DNA from: an uncultured Pseudomonadales bacterium
Lineage (GTDB): Bacteria; Pseudomonadota; Gammaproteobacteria; Pseudomonadales; UBA7434
Length of the DNA stretch: 64,000 nt
Reading direction: 5' to 3'
NCBI GenBank assembly: GCA_964504585.1
Contig: CAZDEW010000001.1
Span: 95,868 to 159,867 of the forward strand
Below the pieces are notes generated by a model. The model was not told where the DNA came from. It worked only from the letters and a program-made list of their open reading frames with translations, and did not search any database. Each line of letters begins with the position of its first letter. The stretch's first letter is position 1. Below, one piece after another: positions 23,087-31,933 of this stretch. Both the position numbers and the translations under genes were made by a program.

Positions 23087-23881
23087 TTAGCTAAACATGG
23101 CCTCTAGCGCGGCGCCAGGGTCACTCTCGCGCATGAAAGCCTCGCCAATCAGAAAGGCATTTACCCCCGCAGTCTGCATGGCCTGCACATCGTCGCGGCT
23201 GTTGATGCCACTTTCGGTTACCACGATGGTATCGCTGCTGATTTGCTCGAGTAGTGAGTATGTGGTCTCTAACGATGTTTCAAAGCTGTGTAGATCTCGA
23301 TTGTTGATGCCGATCAGGCGATTACCGATTGCCTGTGTGCTAAAAAGTTCGTCCGCGTTGTGGACCTCGATCAAAACATCCATACCAAGATCGAAGGCGT
23401 AATCATTCAGCACCCTCAATTCGTCTGCACCAAGTGCAGCTGCAATTAGCAAAATACAATCTGCGCCGATACTGCGTGCTTCCGCTATTTGTGCGCGACT
23501 GATAATAAAATCCTTGCGAATAACTGGTAGCTTGCAGGCTGCTCGAGCCTCCTCAAGATAGTCGTTGTGGCCTTGAAAAAAGTCTTTGTCGGTCAAAATA
23601 GAAAGGCAGCTTGCTCCTCCTTTCTCATATTGTCTGGCGATTTCACCGGGTAGGAAGTTCTCCCGCATGACACCTTTGCTCGGCGAAGCTTTCTTTATCT
23701 CGGCGATTATTGCCGACCTTCCGCAAGCAAGACTGTCTTCCATCGCTCTGACAAATCCGCGAGGAGGGCTGGCTTGCAGAGCCTTGCGTTCCAGCGCAGG
23801 CAGCGACTCCTTTGCAAGCAACTCCTTGATCTCTTGCTCCTTTTTAATCAGGATTTTTTTTAAAATAGTTGGCGTTTGCAT
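23087..23881 (-). CDS. trpC: Indole-3-glycerol phosphate synthase
   Basis: IAEIKKASPSKG, RKDFI, GINNRDL, ESGI. Confidence 0.97.
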   Translation of the reverse strand: MQTPTILKKILIKKEQEIKELLAKESLPALERKALQASPPRGFVRAMEDSLACGRSAIIAEIKKASPSKGVMRENFLPGEIARQYEKGGASCLSILTDKDFFQGHNDYLEEARAACKLPVIRKDFIISRAQIAEARSIGADCILLIAAALGADELRVLNDYAFDLGMDVLIEVHNADELFSTQAIGNRLIGINNRDLHSFETSLETTYSLLEQISSDTIVVTESGINSRDDVQAMQTAGVNAFLIGEAFMRESDPGAALEAMFS

Positions 23882-23927
23882 ATTGATGGTTTGTCAGAGT
23901 GAAAGTGCAAAGGCTGGTAACAAGCTG

Positions 23928-24971
23928 TTATGTATTGCTAGATAGCAGCTTACTAAGCTCCGCCAATTCTGTAACTTTTTGCGCCGCCGCACCGGAGCCT
24001 ATGCAGTCTGCAGCGATTGCAACACCTTCCTGCAGCGAGGAGGCCACACCCGCGACATAGATCGCAGCACCTGCGTTGAGCGCAATCATATTTCGTGCTG
24101 TTGTGCTCCGACTATCCTGCTTGCCTGCGTTAAAGGCGGAGCGGATAAGTTCGAGGCTTTGATCCGAATTGTCGACGACAAGGTCGTCTAGAGTTCCGGT
24201 GGGCATATCAAAGTCCCCCGGATTCAGTATGTATTCGCTGATTTCGCCGCCCTTGAGTTCACTCACTTTGGTGGCCGCTGCAATGCTGATTTCGTCGAGT
24301 CCGTCGTTTGAGTGTACAACCATGACATGTTCGCTTCCAAGCGATGCCATGGCTTCGGCGATTGGCCTGGTTAGCTTGCTGCTGTACACGCCGAGTAGCT
24401 GGCGCGTTACCCCCGCCGGATTGGTCATAGGGCCTAACATATTAAATATGGTTCTTGTGGCTAACTCTTTTCTTGCGGTTATCGCGTGCTTCATGGCGCT
24501 GTGATGATTGACTGCAAACATAAATCCAAGGCCGATTTCTTCGACGCAGCGCGCGACAGCTTCAGGACTCAAGTTGAGTTCAACGCCCGCTTTTTCGAGC
24601 AGGTCGGCTGAACCGCTGGAGCTGCTGACAGAGCGATTTCCATGCTTGGCCACATGACAGCCTGCGGCAGCTGCAACAAAGGAGCTTGCGGTAGAAACAT
24701 TAAATAACTTTGCGCCATCTCCGCCGGTTCCAACGATATCGACAAGATTCTCGGCAGTAATCGAAACCTTAGTTGAGAGCTCTCGCATAACGCTTGCAGC
24801 CGCAGTGATCTCATCTACCGTTTCACCCTTTATACGCAGCGCGACCAGAAAACCTGCGATCTGGGCGTCACTTGCCGCGCCGGTCATAATGGCAGACATC
24901 ACGGTGTGCATATCCTGCCTGCCAAGATCATTTCGCTCGATTAATGCGTCGATTGCCTGCTGTATATTCAT
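23928..24971 (-). CDS. trpD: Anthranilate phosphoribosyltransferase
   Basis: DIVGTGGDG, KHGNRSVSSSSGSAD, DGLDEIS. Confidence 0.97.
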   Translation of the reverse strand: MNIQQAIDALIERNDLGRQDMHTVMSAIMTGAASDAQIAGFLVALRIKGETVDEITAAASVMRELSTKVSITAENLVDIVGTGGDGAKLFNVSTASSFVAAAAGCHVAKHGNRSVSSSSGSADLLEKAGVELNLSPEAVARCVEEIGLGFMFAVNHHSAMKHAITARKELATRTIFNMLGPMTNPAGVTRQLLGVYSSKLTRPIAEAMASLGSEHVMVVHSNDGLDEISIAAATKVSELKGGEISEYILNPGDFDMPTGTLDDLVVDNSDQSLELIRSAFNAGKQDSRSTTARNMIALNAGAAIYVAGVASSLQEGVAIAADCIGSGAAAQKVTELAELSKLLSSNT

Positions 24972-25048
24972 TTTGAAGAGAGACCTTTATTCTTGTTCGC
25001 CCAGCGCGCTAGTTTGAGCGCCGGAATGAAAACGGGTTTAACTGTTAG

Positions 25049-25362
25049 GGAACCTCTGATTTATTCCATGATAGCCGAGACAGAGACTTTTACACCCCAG
25101 GGTGGCCTCTCTTGCTTCGCAATTCACCTTCCGGTTCAGTCCGCAAGACGATTCGTGCAGGGAATGCCCAAAGCACTCGCTGCGCTCGCTTCGTTGCGCC
25201 GCTCGTCCCTATTTTGGAAACGAGAGTGCTACGGCATGCGACCTTCGCGACGCGCCTTGAAGCTTGCCCCGCGAGCGCAGCGAGTGTTGTGGGTACGATC
25301 ATTGCTCCTATTTAGAAGGAAATGACGCAAACTCGGCTATCAGCGAATACATCAGAGGTTCC
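25049..25362. mobile_element. Non-autonomous MITE (314 bp) with IS5-subgroup-like ends
   Basis: Left GGAACCTCTGATTTATTCCATGATAGCCGAG vs right CTCGGCTATCAGCGAATACATCAGAGGTTCC (31-bp TIR, 3 mismatches); YTAR flanks TTAG / TTAA; internal 25-bp inverted repeat; no transposase. Confidence 0.85.
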
Positions 25363-25947
25363 TTAACTATACGCCCGCAGAAAATTCTCTAGCAGCTTGT
25401 GACCGTGTTCAGTCAGTATGGACTCAGGATGAAACTGCACGCCCTCAATCGCAAGTTCCTTGTGGCGCACGCCCATGATCTCATCAAACTCACCGCTTTC
25501 GGTCTCTGTCCAGGCGGTGACTTCGAGCTGGTCGGGCAGAGAGTCTTTTTCAATGACAAGCGAGTGATAGCGGGTTGCATTGTAGGGCGAAGGCAGGCCA
25601 TTAAAAACACCCTGCTGCCGATGATGGATTTTCGAGACTTTACCGTGCATGACGGAACCGGCCCTTCCAATGCTGGCGCCAAAGCACTGCCCGATACTCT
25701 GGTGCCCCAGACAAATACCGAGCAGAGGAATCTTTCCAGCCGCCGCTTTGATAAGCGCCATTGAAATACCGGCTTCATTGGGTGTACATGGCCCCGGCGA
25801 AATCACAATCTTGTCGGGCTTTAGCTGCATGACCGCTTCAACGCTAACCTGATCATTGCGCAGGACTCGAACTTCTTCGCCAAGCTCACCAAGATACTGC
25901 ACGATGTTGTATGTGAACGAGTCATAGTTATCCAGCATGACAATCAT
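25363..25947 (-). CDS. trpG: Anthranilate synthase component II (glutamine amidotransferase)
   Basis: [26 protein letters not shown]. Confidence 0.96.
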   Translation of the reverse strand: MIVMLDNYDSFTYNIVQYLGELGEEVRVLRNDQVSVEAVMQLKPDKIVISPGPCTPNEAGISMALIKAAAGKIPLLGICLGHQSIGQCFGASIGRAGSVMHGKVSKIHHRQQGVFNGLPSPYNATRYHSLVIEKDSLPDQLEVTAWTETESGEFDEIMGVRHKELAIEGVQFHPESILTEHGHKLLENFLRAYS

Positions 25948-27491
25948 GATGTCACCCCTTTATCGCAACCATCCTTATCGGAGACCTGTGCCTGTTCCGC
26001 CAGTGATGCAGCGCGCAGCATGGCTCTGGCCTTATTCATGGTTTCTTTCCACTCCAATCTTGGTATCGAGTCTGCAACCACACCACCGCCGGCCTGTACA
26101 TAGAGTGTTTCATTCTTGATAACAGCAGTACGGATAGCGATCGCGGTATCCATATTGTCTGACCAGCCGATGTAGCCGACCGCGCCACCATACACGCCGC
26201 GTTTAACGGGCTCGACTTCATCAATAATTTCCATTGCCCTGACCTTAGGCGCACCACTGAGTGTTCCCGCGGGCAGCGTTGCCTTTAACACATCGATCGA
26301 CGACATGCTGGGATCTATTTGACCAATAACATTGGATACGATGTGCATCACATGTGAGTAGCGCTCGACGATCATTTGATCGGTAACAACTACCGATCCA
26401 GTCTCTGCGACTCGTCCCACATCATTTCTGCCAAGGTCAATCAGCATAAGGTGTTCGGCTATTTCCTTTGGATCATCCAGAAGTTCGCGCTCAAGTGCTA
26501 TGTCCTCTTCCTGGCTGTGCCCTCGGCGCCGTGTGCCGGCTATTGGGCGAACGGTGACTTCGCCATCTTCCTTGCGTGCCAGAATCTCTGGCGAAGAGCC
26601 CACGATCTGGAATTCCTCGAGATCCAGAAAATACATGTATGGCGACGGATTCAGATGCCTGACGGTTCGATAGAGACTAAGCGGGTCGGCCTTGAAGGGC
26701 GTGCGCATACGCTGGGAAGGCACAACTTGCATAATGTCGCCAGCAAGTGCGTAGCCTTTAATTTTCTCGACGACCTCGCCATAAGACTGCTCGTCAAAGT
26801 CTGAAACAAAGTCGCTCTCCTGCAGCTGCAGTGTTTCGCTATCGGCGCTGACGCGAAGATCCGGCAGACTAGCGCCTCCATCAATCAGGGTTTTCTCAAT
26901 CTGGTCGAGTCTCGCATCGGCTTCGTTAAGTACACTCTCAAGCGCATCGCCCTGATGATTGTTATCCTCAATTTGCGCATGCGTGACGATGTGGATAACG
27001 CTTGCGACATTGTCAAAAACGAGAACATCCTCAGCCAGCATCAGCAAGATATCAGGGCAGCCTAATTCGTCCGGTGGTGCTGAATCCTTAAGTCTGGTTT
27101 CCACATAGCGCACACAGTCGTAGCCAAAATAGCCGACGAGACCCCCATGGAAAGCGGGAAGCGTATCAAGTGTGGGTGCTCGATAGCGGTTTTGAAACTC
27201 TTCCACAAAGCTGAGCGGGTCTGTCTTGGTATGCGTCTCACGGACCACACCTTCGATCTCTACGTGAATCTGATCACCGTGGACTCGCAAAAGCGTGCTG
27301 CACGGTAAGCCAATGATTGAATAACGGCCCCATTTTTCGCCGCCTTGCAGGGACTCCAGAAGAAACGTATAAGGCTGGCGAAATTTGGCGTACGCGCTGA
27401 CTGCGGTGAACCTGTCGGCCAGCACTGTTCGCGTGATTGGTATCCGGTTATAGCCCTGGGCAATGAAACTTTTGAGTTGCGAAAATTCCAT
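25944..27491 (-). CDS. trpE: Anthranilate synthase component I
   Basis: [37 protein letters not shown]. Confidence 0.97.
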   Translation of the reverse strand: MEFSQLKSFIAQGYNRIPITRTVLADRFTAVSAYAKFRQPYTFLLESLQGGEKWGRYSIIGLPCSTLLRVHGDQIHVEIEGVVRETHTKTDPLSFVEEFQNRYRAPTLDTLPAFHGGLVGYFGYDCVRYVETRLKDSAPPDELGCPDILLMLAEDVLVFDNVASVIHIVTHAQIEDNNHQGDALESVLNEADARLDQIEKTLIDGGASLPDLRVSADSETLQLQESDFVSDFDEQSYGEVVEKIKGYALAGDIMQVVPSQRMRTPFKADPLSLYRTVRHLNPSPYMYFLDLEEFQIVGSSPEILARKEDGEVTVRPIAGTRRRGHSQEEDIALERELLDDPKEIAEHLMLIDLGRNDVGRVAETGSVVVTDQMIVERYSHVMHIVSNVIGQIDPSMSSIDVLKATLPAGTLSGAPKVRAMEIIDEVEPVKRGVYGGAVGYIGWSDNMDTAIAIRTAVIKNETLYVQAGGGVVADSIPRLEWKETMNKARAMLRAASLAEQAQVSDKDGCDKGVTS

Positions 27492-27616
27492 GGTGATTGA
27501 ATATCATTAAATCGATGAATGCTCGTGCGTCTGGTCTAATTTTTGGCCTTGACCCATAGATCGGCGACAATCGAGCGATAGGGCTAACAGCCCGGTGGAG
27601 ACCTGAGAGGTCCGGA

Positions 27617-27712
27617 TTATAGAGAGGACTGGCGTCGCCAACAGCCTGCCACGGTTGCCGCGGAGCTGGCGCAGAGTTTTTGTAAGAGTTTGGAAAGGCA
27701 GCTGCTGTTCAT
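27617..27712 (-). CDS. Putative trpE leader peptide (31 aa, MNSSCLSKLLQKLCASSAATVAGCWRRQSSL)
   Basis: Manual translation; W followed by RR near C-terminus; TAGAAT -10 box (minus strand, 27742-27747) upstream; hairpins downstream. Confidence 0.45.
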   Translation of the reverse strand: MNSSCLSKLLQKLCASSAATVAGCWRRQSSL

Positions 27713-27872
27713 CGATAGAGTTTCTTGCTGGATGGCTGGAGATTCTAACCTAGCCGGCGGACTTGCTCTAGGCGCAGGGCATGGCGTTTACGGTGATTTT
27801 CGCGGTTTCAGCGTGTCTTCTTGGCAAGCGGCGCCGCTCACGACGGGATATCAAAATCATCAGGTCTATAAA

Positions 27873-27885
27873 AATCAAGGACTTA
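27873..27885 (+). promoter_or_regulatory. IHF binding site
   Basis: AATCAAGGACTTA = exact WATCAANNNNTTR, AT-rich context, ~25 bp upstream of a sigma54 box. Confidence 0.7.
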
Positions 27886-27908
27886 CATCTTAATTAATCG
27901 TAATCTGT

Positions 27909-27924
27909 TGGCGCAGGCGTTGCA
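27909..27924 (+). promoter_or_regulatory. Sigma54 (-24/-12) promoter
   Basis: TGGCGC-AGGCG-TTGCA; GG-N10-GC spacing, one mismatch to TGGCAC-N5-TTGCW. Confidence 0.78.
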
Positions 27925-27934
27925 AAAGCACCAG

Positions 27935-28148
27935 TGACGAGATAGGATTCTCCCAGCTCTGACGCCGCATCTTGGTGCAAAACGGTGTCCCCAGGGCTCA
28001 GTTCGGGGCATGTCTTGCGACGTCGCCCATGAAGTGAGTCGGGTAACAGTTGTTTAGCATCCTGGAGCTTGCGATCAGTCGTCCAGAGTCAGGCTTTCCC
28101 CTGAGCCGAATTAAAAACCCGAGGCAGAATCTGCTTCGGGTTTTTTAT
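27935..28148 (+). ncRNA. Candidate sigma54-dependent small RNA (~210 nt), family not recognised
   Basis: Between sigma54 promoter and strong terminator; no credible ORF; several stems incl. GGCTCAG(27995-28001)/CTGAGCC(28101-28107); 5' end inferred. Confidence 0.6.
28113..28148 (+). terminator. Rho-independent terminator (likely bidirectional, also serving rpe)
   Basis: aaaaacccgaggcag-aat-ctgcttcgggtttttt. Confidence 0.88.
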
Positions 28149-28163
28149 TTTTGCCTCTTTAAT

Positions 28164-28213
28164 TTCTTGCTGTGGGCACTTTCTTGCTGTGGGCACCTTC
28201 TTGCTGTGGCACG
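28164..28213. repeat. 17-bp tandem repeat x3 (TTCTTGCTGTGGGCACY), degenerate units continue to ~28254
   Basis: ttcttgctgtgggcact / ttcttgctgtgggcacc / ttcttgctgtggcacg. Confidence 0.85.
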
Positions 28214-28264
28214 TTCTACCTGCGCCACTTGCGGCGCGTTCTAGCTTCGGCACGCTGTGCCTTT

Positions 28265-28942
28265 TTAGGCTGGCTGTATTTTGCTCAGCTCCGCCCTCAT
28301 CTTTTGTATCACTTCGGCGTAATCATCTTGGTTGAAGATGGCTGAGCCTGCTACGAACGTATCGGCTCCGGCAGCGGCGATCTCTCCGATATTACCGACC
28401 CCAACGCCGCCGTCCACCTCAAGCCTGATATCTTGATTGCAGGAATCTATCAGCTCCCGTGCCTCTGCCAGCTTGGACAGGGTCGAGGGGATAAACTTCT
28501 GCCCGCCGAAACCCGGATTGACCGACATCAATAGCATCATATCGATCTTGTCCATCACATAGCTCGCCGCATCGAGCGGGGTTGCAGGATTGAAAACCAG
28601 TCCGGATTTACACCCCGCATCCCGAACGAGTTGCAGCGATCGGTCGATATGCATGGTCGCCTCGGGGTGAAACGTAATGTAGGTCGCTCCTGCTTCTGCA
28701 AAATCACCAATCAGACTATCAACGGGTGACACCATTAAATGCACATCAATCGGTGCTGTGATGCCGTAATTTCGGAGGGCCTTGCAGACCATCGGGCCGA
28801 TGGTCAAATTGGGGACATAGTGATTATCCATCACATCAAAGTGAATAATATCTGCCCCGGCTTCAAGCACTTTGTCTACCTCCTCTCCTAGTCTGGCGAA
28901 ATCGGCCGATAGAATAGAGGGTGCGATCTTGAAATCATTCAT
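28265..28942 (-). CDS. rpe: Ribulose-phosphate 3-epimerase
   Basis: [37 protein letters not shown]. Confidence 0.98.
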   Translation of the reverse strand: MNDFKIAPSILSADFARLGEEVDKVLEAGADIIHFDVMDNHYVPNLTIGPMVCKALRNYGITAPIDVHLMVSPVDSLIGDFAEAGATYITFHPEATMHIDRSLQLVRDAGCKSGLVFNPATPLDAASYVMDKIDMMLLMSVNPGFGGQKFIPSTLSKLAEARELIDSCNQDIRLEVDGGVGVGNIGEIAAAGADTFVAGSAIFNQDDYAEVIQKMRAELSKIQPA

Positions 28943-29072
28943 CGTGGGTTCTCTGAGCTATGTCTCGGATGAGGTGGTTTATGGGAGGGTCACTAAGCGC
29001 TTAGTTGCTTGCGAACTATACTCAATAGTCATAGATGACAGGAAATCGGAATCATCAAATTCAGGGATGCTC

Positions 29073-29906
29073 ATGATACGCAAACTGACCAAACTTTCCA
29101 CGCGCGTTTCAGGCAAACAGTGCCTTCTAGCGATGACTCTGTTTGCGGCGTGTAGCTTGACGCTAGCCGCTGAGCGGCTGACCGCCGGGGCCGACGATGA
29201 GTTCCGCAAGCAGCTCTTTATCGAGCGTGCCAGCTCGCAAGATCTTGCCAGCTTCAGCAGCGACAGCGGCAGCTTTCTGGGTCGTCTCTCCCTGCCTGCG
29301 GACCAGGCTGGTTTTGGCCTACTAATGGTTGTCGATCAGGACCGGGATTTAATTCAGCGAAACCTGGAGACGGTCTTGCTGAACGAGCTTGGCCTGAGTG
29401 GTTGGCCGGTGTTTATTGTTAGTCTGGGGCGCACAGCGCAAGGTTCGTATCAAGATGAGTCCTCGCAGGAGCTTTATGCCAGTATTCTCAACAGCGCCTT
29501 GCGTGAATTTGAGCAGCGATCCATACGCCAGATTGTGCTGTTGGCGTCAGAGGCCTCGCTCGAAACCGGCAGCCAATTGGCCGCGAGGTCGGAAGTGGTC
29601 AGCCATCTTATGTACAAGATCAACACGCGTGATAAATCCGGCAGCGCAGGACTGTCGGTTAACAGTGGGATCAGCCGGCTAAACGCGCTGTCTGACAGTC
29701 GCGTGGGCATAGTGGATTTGGTGCCCGCATCAATGAGTAAAAAAATGCTCGCGTCGAGGAAAAGGGCGCTGGCAAAGGAGCAGCTGGCTGACCTCCACGA
29801 TTTTATTTATGTACCCGGGTTCGAGCAGACTTCCAGTCATCAGGTGATTGCCAAGCGCCTTAGAGCATGGATGAAAGAAAATCGTCGGGGGAGTGATGCG
29901 ACCTGA
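29073..29906 (+). CDS. Exported protein, probable DUF3530 family (degenerate alpha/beta hydrolase fold)
   Basis: Signal-peptide-like N-terminus after ATG 29073 (AGGGA RBS); C-terminal KRLRAWM; position next to murU as in Pseudomonas. Confidence 0.55.
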   Translation: MIRKLTKLSTRVSGKQCLLAMTLFAACSLTLAAERLTAGADDEFRKQLFIERASSQDLASFSSDSGSFLGRLSLPADQAGFGLLMVVDQDRDLIQRNLETVLLNELGLSGWPVFIVSLGRTAQGSYQDESSQELYASILNSALREFEQRSIRQIVLLASEASLETGSQLAARSEVVSHLMYKINTRDKSGSAGLSVNSGISRLNALSDSRVGIVDLVPASMSKKMLASRKRALAKEQLADLHDFIYVPGFEQTSSHQVIAKRLRAWMKENRRGSDAT

Positions 29907-29930
29907 GGGGTCTGAATGGGGCCGCGCGGT

Positions 29931-30659
29931 TTAATTGCCGCTCAGCGCACCTTGGTTCAGCTTTTTGCGCAATTGCTTTAATCGTTCGACGGTGCCAACA
30001 TCGCACCATTCACCTGTGTAAACCTCCGCTGTTACCTGGTCAGCTTCCATGGCACGCCTGAATAGCGGCGCCAGTGGCGATTTGCCCGGCGCTACGCCAT
30101 CGAATAAAGCCCTGTTAAGAATTGACAGCCCCGAGAAAGTGTAACCGCTTAGGCCGTCCTTGCGCTCAGAAGCAATATCACCGTTATCATCGAGAAAAAA
30201 ATCGTCGCCTGGCTTGTAATCAGGTGTTGGTACCAGTACCAGGTGCGCGAGCTTGCTCGCGTCAGTTTTGTTCTGCAGCGACTCAAGGTGATAGTCGATC
30301 CAGATGTCGGCGTTGATAACAATAAAGCGTTCGCGATCGATCAGTGGTAAGGCATTCATAATGCCGCCCGCCGTCTCCAAGCCGCCCTCAGGTTCTGCAG
30401 AGAAAATCAGCTGTGCGGGCATGCCGAGTCGCGTGTTGAGCGCTGTGAGAAATTCGGTGATCTGCTCGCCCAGATGTGCATGATTGACAACGAGTCGGCG
30501 GATACCTGCCTTTAAGAGGTTTTCAAAATGCCGTTGCAGCAGGGTTTTCCCGGCAACGAGAACCAAAGGCTTTGGTATTCGATCAGTTAGCGGCCGCATG
30601 CGCTCGCCGCGCCCGGCGGCGAGAATAAATGCAGTGTCAATTTGCTCGGTGGAATTCAT
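29931..30659 (-). CDS. murU: MurNAc alpha-1-phosphate uridylyltransferase
   Basis: ILAAGRGERMRPLT..PKPL, LETAGGI, W.DVGT.ERL; paired with amgK. Confidence 0.9.
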   Translation of the reverse strand: MNSTEQIDTAFILAAGRGERMRPLTDRIPKPLVLVAGKTLLQRHFENLLKAGIRRLVVNHAHLGEQITEFLTALNTRLGMPAQLIFSAEPEGGLETAGGIMNALPLIDRERFIVINADIWIDYHLESLQNKTDASKLAHLVLVPTPDYKPGDDFFLDDNGDIASERKDGLSGYTFSGLSILNRALFDGVAPGKSPLAPLFRRAMEADQVTAEVYTGEWCDVGTVERLKQLRKKLNQGALSGN

Positions 30660-30713
30660 GAGTTTGTTCTAGAAGCCTAAATGGTGGCTGCAGGTCGACG
30701 CCTAACGCTCGCC

Positions 30714-31775
30714 TCATAGCTGGGAAGTTTGCGCCAGATAGCGTTTTATTCGTTGCGTGACAGGCGAGCTGATGCGTTCTAACTCGGGGTAAAGCTTCAT
30801 AACATCGATAACATAGCCACAGAACTGTGGCAGCAGATCAAGGTAGCTGGATTTCTGGTCGCGATAGTGTAGCCGGCAAAATATGCCGACTATTTTTATG
30901 TTGCGCTGCAGACCCATCCAGTCACAAATCTTTATCCAGTCTTTCTCGGGTATGTTCGGTGCCAGTTCCTCGCGTGCGAGAAGCATCCAGCTCTCTACTG
31001 TTTCTCGCGACCAGCTAATGTAGCGATCCCATACCCAGGATGCGAGATCGTAGCTGATCGGGCCGCAAACTGCGTCTTGAAAGTCGATAATACCCAGCTG
31101 CCCGTCAGAGCATCGCATGACATTACAACAGTGAAAGTCTCGATGCACGAAAGCTTGAGGCTGCTCCACCGCGCTTGTGATCAGTATTCTCTTTAGTGCA
31201 GTCCAGGCTTCTTTTTCATGGGGATCCATGCTTTGGCCGAGGTGCTTTTCGCAGAACCAGTCTTCAAAAAGCTGAAGCTCTTCATCGAGCTTCTCTTCAT
31301 CGTAGCGCTGCAGTTCTCTAGCATCACCCTGCGCCATAAGTCCAATCGCGGGCAAAATGTCTCGGCTAAAAATATCCGAGCCGTTGTGGAATTCGATTTC
31401 TGATTTTAAAAGTTGATCGCCGAAATCCTCGAGCAACATAAATCCGTGCGAATCATCATAAGCATGTATTGTGGGTATCCTCAGCCCTTGTCGTCGCAAC
31501 AACTGGTTGATATCGATGAATGCTCTGAAGCTCGCATCGACGGGGCTCTGCATCGCCATCAGCGTACGGTCATTAATACCTTTGCATCGCGAGTTTGCGC
31601 TACCGAGATCGAGCCGAAAATAGCGGCGTGCACCCGCATCGCCAGCTAATGGTGTCACGCTCACGTTATCGGGATCCGTACAACCCATGCCGCCGAGGGC
31701 GCGCATCAACCAGCGTTCGAGACTGTCGGGTATCGTGCTTGATGGCGGCTGCGTGGATTCGGTTGTTGTTGTCAT
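30714..31775 (-). CDS. amgK: Anomeric MurNAc/GlcNAc kinase (APH-like phosphotransferase)
   Basis: GDAGARRYFR, HRDFH..N, IDFQDA..GP..YDL; divergent from lptD. Confidence 0.9.
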   Translation of the reverse strand: MTTTTESTQPPSSTIPDSLERWLMRALGGMGCTDPDNVSVTPLAGDAGARRYFRLDLGSANSRCKGINDRTLMAMQSPVDASFRAFIDINQLLRRQGLRIPTIHAYDDSHGFMLLEDFGDQLLKSEIEFHNGSDIFSRDILPAIGLMAQGDARELQRYDEEKLDEELQLFEDWFCEKHLGQSMDPHEKEAWTALKRILITSAVEQPQAFVHRDFHCCNVMRCSDGQLGIIDFQDAVCGPISYDLASWVWDRYISWSRETVESWMLLAREELAPNIPEKDWIKICDWMGLQRNIKIVGIFCRLHYRDQKSSYLDLLPQFCGYVIDVMKLYPELERISSPVTQRIKRYLAQTSQL

Positions 31776-31933
31776 TCGGATTGGTTTTTCTTTTGAGGCT
31801 TATCAGCGGGTCATAGTAGGTCTTTCTGCCTGTTGCGCTGCCGTCTCGTTAGAGCTGCGTTAATAATCCCATTTGGCTTTGTACGCCGGTGCATGGGATG
31901 CGTAGGCAGCATCCGCATGGTTTAATTATTATC

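Noticed and set aside
24993-25325. Short ORFs (110, 70, 67 aa) between trpD and trpG
   Set aside because: They lie within the palindromic MITE and show no transposase or other motifs.
28010-28057. 15-codon ORF (MSCDVAHEVSRVTVV) and overlapping 64-aa ORF 28050-28244
   Set aside because: No convincing RBS; the longer ORF runs through the terminator and tandem repeats.
28096-28112. CCCCTGAGCCGA resembles the conserved 5' segment of gammaproteobacterial 6S RNA
   Set aside because: It lies at the 3' end of the transcript, the 6S 3' motif (CTTGAACC) is absent, and the context is not zapA / 5-formyl-THF cyclo-ligase.
28164-28254. Tandem repeats as a possible CRISPR array
   Set aside because: 17-bp units are contiguous with no spacers, and no cas genes are present.
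28872-29072. N-terminal extension of the 344-aa ORF overlapping rpe
   Set aside because: Overlaps the divergent rpe start; ATG 29073 has an RBS and yields a signal peptide.
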